The notes beneath the pieces were generated by a model. The model made no database searches. It saw only the letters and a list, made by a program, of their open reading frames with translations, and was not told the origin of the DNA. Positions 47,793-56,073 of a stretch of 56,073 nucleotides of DNA are shown piece after piece. Within the stretch, counting starts at the first letter, position 1. Each line of letters begins with the position of its first letter. Source of the stretch: Toensbergia leucococca (lineage: Eukaryota); NCBI GenBank assembly GCA_022813965.1, contig JALDZS010000064.1, positions 62,001 through 118,073 of the forward strand, in the 5' to 3' direction. Position numbers and translations under genes: made by a program.

Positions 47793-50683
47793 TCAGTCGG
47801 CGAGTAGTTTGCGGAAGTCCGCCCATTTCTGTTTTAGTGTCTCGTGCTCAGAGTTGATCTAGAGATTTGCCATCAGCCCCACCAGCCTCCAAGTTGTTAT
47901 AGATATAACAAAAACTTACCTCTGCAAATTGCATCTTCGTCTCCACGAGATCTTTCTCCATATCCGCCATCTGCTCTTCCAGCCCTCTGTTCTCATTCTG
48001 CACCTCAATATTTCTCTTCATAATGCGATCCATTTCTGCCTTTAGCCTATCCTCCACCTCCTCGGGTTGTCGGTCAATCACTCCCCTCAGCTCGTCCACT
48101 TGACCTCTGAGACTTTCGATGCCGTCTTGCAATTCCTCGTTCTGGACTTTGGTGCGGACGACCTCCGTTGCCATTTGTACATGCTCGGTATCTGATTGCT
48201 CAGTCCGCTCTTCAAGAGATCGCACTTTGAGCGAGAGGAGGGTATTGGCTGATCGTAGTGCCTCGAGCTCGGCCTCTCTCTCCTTCTCCACCCGTATCCG
48301 ATCTTCCCATTCAGAAGTGTAGGATTTAAGCAGCTCAGGTGTAATTTTGACTGTACAGGCATCTTGGACGAGGATGTCTGCACGATAGATTTCCTTGTCG
48401 ATACCGCCTGAACTACCAAAGAAGCCGGACTCCAGCAAAGAGTTTGCAGATGGTGCTTGATCTATGTACACATCGAAGAGTCGCTCTTTAAGGAACGTTG
48501 TGAGGCTGGACATGTCACTCATTCCAAGCAAGGTTTCTGCATTTTTCTGCATGAGAACGATACCGAATTTGAGGATAGCTCCTTCGAGGCCTTCGCTAAG
48601 GATAAGGTCATAGACTCGTAGGACGAGCTGGAGGGGAAATCGGTAGGCAAAGAGTGTAAGGAACCATTGAGTGGCGTAAAGTTGCGGATTCACATTTCTC
48701 CTATGGAGGTGGCAATAAAGTGCGGGCTCAGTATCCTCGAGTAGTCGTTCAAATTGATAAAGGTGCAGATGGAGGCCGGGCATGTCTTGAATGAACATAT
48801 CGCGGAGGTGATATTGATTCATAAGGCGTACAAGGAGACAGAACGCCTCTTCTTCGGGCATCTTGAGTGATGTCAGCTACCGTAGATGAGAAAGCTGAAG
48901 AGACTTACGTTGAAAAGCAATGGCATGACTAGGAAGTTCATGCCCTGCGCATATCCAACTCCTTCATCAAATAAGGCGTATGCTTTACAGACACCAAATA
49001 GTCCATCTTGTAAGCCAGCGGCCACGGCATATTTAGAATAGCTTGTCCTTGCGCCAAGATCTCTCTTGATGCATTTCTCTAGCTTCTGAACTTCAGCGAC
49101 ATCCTCCTTTGCTTTTTTCTTGCGTTCGGCTAACACCGCTGCTTGCAATTTTACGATATTTTCACCGTCTTTCTCTTGAACGGACGACGGTGATGCCATG
49201 CCGTTCGTTGCTGTAGTTGCAGGAGTAGAATGGTCCGAGTGAATTGAAGATGCCGAGGATGCTACTGAGTTCTTCTCTTTGCTGTTGCCAGTCAGAAGAC
49301 TATTCGCAGAGTTCGGTGCACTAGAGACACTAGCAAGGTCTCGATCTTTGTCTGTTCCGCGAACTACTAGATCTCGATACACTCCTTCCAATTCCTCATT
49401 CTTACTTTGAGCCAGCACTTGCCACACAACACCTCTAATTGCGCTTGGAATGCCACTTGCTATGGCTCTGCTAAGTTCTTCAGGGCTCGTCCTTGCTACC
49501 GCAGCGGGGCCCTCGTATACGACGGTTTGCCAAAGGTCCCAGTCAACAGGGGCTGCAGGATCGCTCATGACTGATACACCCGCAGACATTCCCGACGCAG
49601 TCCCTGGGGCCAATTCAGGGTTCACCGAAGATACCGAGTGTAATGCTGGAGGTACTGTTGAGGTCGGAGATTGAGCGGGACTTCCTGCAAGACCACCTTC
49701 TCTCTCATCAACAACGCTTGTAGGACTTCCGATTCCAAGCCCTAAGCTAGCGCTACGTCCGATAAGCCCTGCCAAGGCTCCTCCACCCCCATCAGGCGAA
49801 GTTTCTCCTTGGGCGTCTAAAGAACGTATTCCAGCTTCTTCCCTCATCCGTAACAACTTGAATCGGTCTCGTAGGGTGTTTTTTGTAAGGCGCTTGGGAA
49901 CTGGAGACAAGCTATCGGACTCATTGCCCTCATCCAAGCGACCGAGCATTAATTCTGGATTGCTATCAACTGTGGCTAGAGATGAGACCGTGCTATGTCG
50001 AATTGGTTGAGGTGCTACCGGTGGGACAGTTTCCTTGGTTGCGGAGGTGTTTCTAGAAAGCCAAGTGAAAGGGCTGGTAAGCTTTCTAGATTGCGCGGCA
50101 GGTGTAGGTGTAGGTGTAGTGGGTTTTGATGGAACGGAAGGTGGTGGACCCCATGGTATGGTAGGCAAAGAGCCGGAGAGCCCTTGTGACCTGGATGGTA
50201 GTTTAGGAGGCATTTTGGCGTGATTAAGTACACTATTGCTTGAATTTGTAGTTGTAGAGCGTGATCGAGTAGAAGAAGATTCATCGAGCCCTCCTAATTG
50301 TACTTCGTCAAGAGATGACACAGAAACTCGATGGGATGTAAGCAGGGGTGACTTGGAGGTGTTATCTTCCAAGGTAGGACCGATGTCGGCACCGAGCTCA
50401 TCAACGTCGGTTGGGGAATTACCGTTTGGTCGTAGAGATTGCCTCGACACTCTCGGGGTTGCATTAGAGGACGAGGATGACGGGCGTTCAGTGAGTGAGC
50501 GAACGGATATAGAGGAAGTCGAGTGTTGAGATTGTGGTCGAATTATGGTTTGTGTAGTGTCATGAGCATCTTCAAAGGTATCCTGCTTAGAGTCAGAGAG
50601 GCATTCAAGCTAACTTGAAGTTCTTCGCTCAGACTTACACCTTCACGATCTGAACTATCGGCACTAGAGATCTGAGGATCCAT
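47793..50683 (-). CDS. GYP5: TBC-domain Rab GTPase-activating protein with C-terminal coiled coil (GYP5-like), 4 exons
   Basis: MDPQISS...-DTFEDAHD. TBC motifs GIPSAIRGVVW, IKRDLGART, GYAQGMNF and LYATQWFLTLF. Coiled-coil tail ends INSEHETLKQKWADFRKLLAD. Confidence 0.93.
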
Positions 50684-52032
50684 ATCGTCTTTTCAGTAAA
50701 GTAGCGTTCACTTCTCCAGATGGGTTATTAGTAGTAGATGGCGTCAAGCTGGTCGTGGGGCTCGTGTGGCTTGGGGAGAAAGTATTCAATGGAAAGAACG
50801 TCAACGTTGCGTGCCTGCACTACAGAAGAAAGCAAGGGTGACTGCTGGATCAAGATATTCAGACCAGATATATGGATGTTAGAGACAGTGAAGCAACCGT
50901 GGCTCGTGGTTGGGCAGCGTTGGTGGAAGCGAGACAAAGGGAAGATGAAATTGCAATTCTGGTGCGCGTGGTGCCACTCCTCAACTCCACAATGTTGGTG
51001 AGCCTCTTCTCCTCTTGAACAGGGATGTCACGGACAGGCCGCTAGACAGCCGCCATGTTTTGCATTTACGGAGACTATTGACAGAAATCCTCCCGTTTCC
51101 AGTCTATTCTTCATTTCAACGCGTGCAAGCTTTCACTATGGATAATGGTGTTTCACTTTTTTGCTACAGGCAGCACGAACCACCTTACAGAAGACTCGCA
51201 TTTCCCTGTATTTCTTCCTCCCAATGTAAAGTCCCTGAAGCACGCGAGTTGACACCTTTGAAAATCTCACATGGCTTAGAATAGCTCCAACTCTAAAATT
51301 GCAGACAATGGACGGGAGCCTAAAAGAGACAAGACTATGGCTTACAGGTGACACGGATGAAAGAGGGCTAGAAAATAGGTAGCTTTGGCAGCTTCTTTTT
51401 TCTTTTGATCTCATTGCCCTGCTTTGTTTCCTCTCCTCTCAGCTCGAGATATCTAGAATGTTGCTCACTTGGAAACTTTCCGAATTTCAGCGCGGCAACC
51501 TCGGCAACGAGAAAGTCCCATCAACCTTCTTTCTTAATTACAACTCTACATTCGAGACTAATGGCTAGTAGATGTATAGCTGGTGTCTTACAAGAGGCTC
51601 TCTCCTGCACTCTTATGGAAACCGCTCTTCCGGCACCTAAATCTAATAGTCGGCTTTGAATTCACCTTCCAAAAAAGATTCTAACATTCAACATAGAAAG
51701 CTGTGAAGAGAAAGGTTTGATTCAGCTTTGACATTAGGAGAGACCGCTGCGAATCTGGCACTGCTGATTGTTCACATTGTCCAACTTGATCGATGCGACG
51801 CCTCCTATGCATCAAGACACATCAATCCAAAGACACTGCCAAATGCTTTTCGCTCCAACTCATTGCCAAACACTGATGATGCTCGCTTTCCAAAGAACAC
51901 AAAGCCTATCGTCTAATCCCTTCCTTAACATTGCTTGTTCACGTGACCTTGTATCACGACCAATCTAATGACGCATCTCGTCGGTCAGTCCCTATACCGT
52001 ACTCTCCTTTCTATCTTCTGTACTCTTTCTCT

Positions 52033-52725
52033 CTACTTATCAAGCTCTCTCAGCAACTTTTCTCCAACCAAATCCTCCATTCTAGCATCACTTTCTGGTG
52101 GTATTTCTTCCTCAGCTGTCGGAAGCTCCCACACCACATCGATTGGGAACGCCTTGATGATGTTCTTTTGCTTCCACACAACCGTGTCATTACCTGGATC
52201 CCTTGGTAGCGCAAGGAATCGTCCGTATCCAGAAGTGTTGCGCTCATCTCCCTCCTCTTTCATTTCGTCTTTTGAGGGCCAAAGCGCCTCCGGATGGTCT
52301 TCGGTAGGTTGGGACCATGGACTCCAGATTGTCGGTAATGCCAGGACCGAGCTTTGACCGGCCTTGAAGTGCTTTCCGCCAAATGGAGGAAGTATCTTGA
52401 TCTTCTTTCCGTTGTTTGCTTCCAACTCGGCCTGTCGATTTCCCAGTTTCTCTTTTTCCTCGGCCGTCATAATGGCTTGAAAGGCGACACGATGATCAAC
52501 CCATTCGGTCATGTTGCGAGGAACAAAAGGAGATTTAGGAATGAGATTCATTCTCTCGAGGTTTTGTACAACCGTTTGAAATCTCTCTCTCTCTGCCATC
52601 TCCGGAGCCACCCATGTTTTGGAACTTGTATGCGACATTTCCGGTCCCGCTGCTGTGCAGTTTTTTGGTAGAAGAGTTTGTTGGGGTTGCATAGTACACT
52701 CTATGGACGACATACAACTGTCCAT
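52033..52725 (-). CDS. Fungal hypothetical protein, 5' structure uncertain
   Basis: 230-aa ORF with protein-like content (SPFVPRNMTEW...WPSKDEMKEEGDERNTSGYGRFLALPR). Splice-like signals lie upstream. Confidence 0.7.
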   Translation of the reverse strand: MDSCMSSIECTMQPQQTLLPKNCTAAGPEMSHTSSKTWVAPEMAERERFQTVVQNLERMNLIPKSPFVPRNMTEWVDHRVAFQAIMTAEEKEKLGNRQAELEANNGKKIKILPPFGGKHFKAGQSSVLALPTIWSPWSQPTEDHPEALWPSKDEMKEEGDERNTSGYGRFLALPRDPGNDTVVWKQKNIIKAFPIDVVWELPTAEEEIPPESDARMEDLVGEKLLRELDK

Positions 52726-53970
52726 AGTCAGCAGAGCTGCGTCAGATTAAATATCCGATGAAGTCGGACCTAAAGCTCAAGCTCTTGATGCTCTTGATAC
52801 CCTGGAAGCAGATGACTAAAATCGAGTCTGTTCAATGAGGAGGCCAAGAAGGTCACCATTAGCCCAGTCCCATGAATCATCAGCGGGTGTACATTACTTA
52901 GACCCAAGTCTCCAAGTAACCTTTTGGAGTAAGTAGCAAATTCTACAAGCTCTAGAGATAGTTCGTGAACAAGACTGATCTTGACAGCAATTGCGAAGCG
53001 ACAGACGTGTTGGTTGTGGGTTTGGAAGCCGCCTTTTGTGTACGGAGAGAGATAGCGAAAGTGGATGACTGGAAAAGTTAGCCAAAGAAGTCGGCGTAGG
53101 TGACAATATTGGGCTGTGGTACCGTGAATGATTGTTGAACTCACATTGTCAGCTTCTATATTGAGGTCTATGCTAATTCATGGTCAGCCGGGGATGGGAC
53201 ATTCACCACTGAGCAACATTCAAAGGACAGAAAGATAACAAGCCAAGGGAACAGCGGTACAACACCAATTTCTTCATTTTTTGAACCGGTTGTTTGACTA
53301 ACCTTTGGCAATAATCGATTCAAGGGTGATTTAGTACTTCATGTACCCAATGAAAAGACTCGAGAAAGAGCTTCCACACAGTCAACGGGATTGAGCCATG
53401 TGATGCGCATTCGCTGAAGGATGTATCGCATGAGGTTGAAGAAACCAGCACCATGATATATTTGGTGGTGAAAGACCATGAGTTAAGTGTTATGTCGGCG
53501 CTATGTGCGTTACTGAACCATCGCCCTGTTGACACTCTTCTTGATGAGTTATCTGCCCAATTAGTACATCTTCTATGTGAAACAAGCAGATTCCAGGTAG
53601 TGGAGCAACGCCTGACACCTAAAGAATATGGCATTGGTAAGGTAATTTGGGCATCGTTCGTGGCGTCGTATATTGCTCTATAAACCTATCAAGCAGGAGC
53701 ATCCCATAGCATGACATGAAGCGAGATACACGTGACCATGAAACCCTTAGTCCAAAAGGCAAATAATGTACTCGTAGAGAGACACTACCTCTTGTAAATT
53801 GAACGTAGGATTTACCTACCTACCAATTGCATCATTTCATCTGGATTTGAATAGGTATCGATAATATCAAGAATACATGACGCTACGTCGTCAAGATTTT
53901 AAGAGACACATTCTTAGCAAATCTCCAACAAATATCAGAACAGCTTCATCGAAAAAAGCTAAAGGTCAAA

Positions 53971-54420
53971 ATGCCTTCAGTACCGCTTCATTTCCCACAT
54001 GCCAAGAGTGTTGAACCCATCAACAATGTTCTCACAAACCCTCTCCCCCACCTCTTCCAAACCCCCTCCGGACTCGCCCTCCTCGAGCTCCAAGGAACCA
54101 TCAACATGCCTGCAATAGACCCGACAGAAGAACCCCACGATGCCCTCGCTCAAGAAACCCCCATCGGTCGCATTGTTTTCCCAGATTACTCTACTGACAC
54201 TGCGCCTGAAAGCACGGCGTGGATGAAGAATGTCTACCTTTATATTGGGATGCATCAACGCCTTACCGGCGAGGTTAAAAAGCTGCCGAGACCTGTGGCG
54301 GTTATTCGCAGAAAAGTGGGTCCAGAAGGTAGCGAGCTAGTGGGCGAGGAGCTAGAGATTGTGGAGGTTGTGTACTACAAGATTCTTTTTTCGTCCAGGC
54401 CGGAGCCTGTGGGCTCGTGA
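53971..54420 (+). CDS. CTF8: Chromosome transmission fidelity protein 8 (Ctf18-RFC subunit)
   Basis: ALLELQGTI, LYIGMHQRLTGEVKKLPRPVAVIR and YKILFSSRPEPV match the Ctf8 pattern. Confidence 0.9.
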   Translation: MPSVPLHFPHAKSVEPINNVLTNPLPHLFQTPSGLALLELQGTINMPAIDPTEEPHDALAQETPIGRIVFPDYSTDTAPESTAWMKNVYLYIGMHQRLTGEVKKLPRPVAVIRRKVGPEGSELVGEELEIVEVVYYKILFSSRPEPVGS

Positions 54421-55882
54421 AGTAGCTAGGTTCGGGAATTGGTTGTGCGCCTTCTTTTCGAACATGGGACGAGAAGGTCTTTGCCCAGTATTGTGATTTG
54501 GATGATCAGCTACGTGTTTACATTGCTGGGACCGTTCCATCTATCAAGCCCGACTCGGGCAAGACATTTCCAAGAAAGCAATACTCCTAGCAGCAGACTG
54601 TGACTCGGTTCCCACAGGTCCATCTTGTATGCACGACCCCTCAGGCTCGTCATACCAGCCCTATATCCAACGTCTTGCGACTCCAGGCTCACTAAAGTGG
54701 CTATCGAGGCTCTCCAATCGTCTCTTGGAAGATTCAAAGCCCGAAGCCACTATAGAAACCCGAATACTTTAGACCAGATACGCTTCTACAGGAAGCCAAC
54801 GGTCTGTAAATTTGACCGCTTTGACTTTAGCAGATATAGGCCAAGAATATCATATTTCGGAGGATAGGATTCTTAAGATTTGAAGCTCAAAGGGAAGTAG
54901 ACTAATGACAAAGAAATCTTTCATGATTTTTCCAGCGTTAGGTCATGAGGCACAATTCCGATTCAGCTTGAATATGCTAGGTTCCATAGCAAAGTGGATA
55001 CGCTACGCTAGAAGCAAAAGCCGACGTATTCATGCGATCTTAGGGGACTTTGTAGTCCTCGTCACTCCCTCGTGCTGAAGGCGTTTATTTGATATCAATT
55101 TCGATTCTTCATGGCGCTGGTACAATGGTGTAGTGATTTCTGTATTCTTTTTTCCTCACTCACTTGCATCTCATTCCTTGCCAGAATACAATTTCTTGCA
55201 CATCTCCGTCGTGAGGTTGACGTTCGCAACTTGGGATTTGAATTGATTCTTCAAGACAAATTTGATGTCGACCGAATTCGTTCTCATATTCATCTTTATC
55301 TCTGAAATGACTGAGCTCATATCCTCCTTGTTGGATTTGGCGGCCTCTTTAACTTCTGCAATCTGACATCCAAGATTTGATTTAACATCTTCGATCTTAG
55401 CTCTGAGAACATGCAGATTCAAGCAGCGCTTCTTCTTCATCGTCATCTCTCCTCGAATTCTCAACACAAAAGAAACCCCAACCCTTTCCCAAAAGCAGCA
55501 ACTTTAAAGAAAGATTGCCCGATTGCCCGCCTACCCGTACCGGCGTTGAATGGAATACTCACCCAGCAGAATCGAGCAGAGCATCCAGAAAAGTAACGAA
55601 GCAGCATCAGACCCTTCCAAAAACTCAACCACAGACAAAAGCAACGTCCCAATCAAATCTCAACCTCCCCCCAATCCAAAAAAAAGATCCACGAGCCTCC
55701 CAAAAAAAACTCCAACTCTCTATATCCAACCGCCCCCCCCCCAAAAAAGGTCCCCTCAGTACTATAACGTCCTCAACACTCCAAAGCCAAAATCACCTCT
55801 CCCATTCCACCTCCCCAAAAATTATCCCATTTCTGATAAATTCGGAATGTGTAAGCCCCTGACGAAAATAAGCCTAATTTGC

Positions 55883-56065
55883 CAAAAAAAAAAAAAAAAA
55901 AAAAAAAAAATAAGATCCATTCTCCCTAAAAGAAGAGTTTCCCTTTTACACACTCGAAAATAACAAAAGTCTCGATAACAACCCCCAGAAAAGACCCCCC
56001 AAAACAAAACCCCCTCCCCATCCCCCACCCCTTTCCCCCCGCAAAAAAAAAAAAAAAAAAAAAAA
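55883..56065 (+). repeat. Poly(A)/poly(C) low-complexity tracts
   Basis: A-runs of more than 20 nt at ~55884-55910 and ~56043-56065, with C-runs between them. Confidence 0.8.
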
Positions 56066-56073
56066 CACAGTAC

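Noticed and set aside
55171..55467. 98-aa coiled-coil-like minus-strand ORF
   Set aside because: Could be an exon of a gene extending toward the window end, but I found no supported start, splice structure or homology.

Overview
Intron-containing genomic DNA from a filamentous ascomycete (Pezizomycotina), judged from short GT-AG introns with CTRAC/CTAAT branch sites and fungal protein families. The first 15 kb is a secondary-metabolite gene cluster that runs off the left edge. It holds a highly reducing iterative PKS (KS-AT-DH-cMT-ER visible, KR/ACP outside the window), a divergently transcribed FSH1/LovG-type serine hydrolase, an MFS (DHA2-like) transporter and a Zn(II)2Cys6 regulator. After a 4.3 kb gene-poor gap containing a foldback MITE comes a cytosolic leucyl-tRNA synthetase. 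Its synthetic-site motifs differ from the consensus as I recall it (PYTNG for PYMNG, FHLTG for FHCTG, SVSGKD for RVSGKD). The leading hypothesis, untested, is a polyketide inhibitor of LeuRS with a linked self-resistant target gene; chance adjacency to the housekeeping LeuRS is the main alternative. The rest is mostly housekeeping: a DOCK-family GEF, a DUF2470 protein, RPS8, a metallophosphoesterase, a PHO87/PHO91-type SPX transporter, a GYP5-like RabGAP and CTF8. There is also a divergent pair of paralogous uncharacterised genes, CpG-depleted transposon relics and a second MITE. Exon boundaries were assembled by eye and family assignments come from recalled motifs, not from searches.
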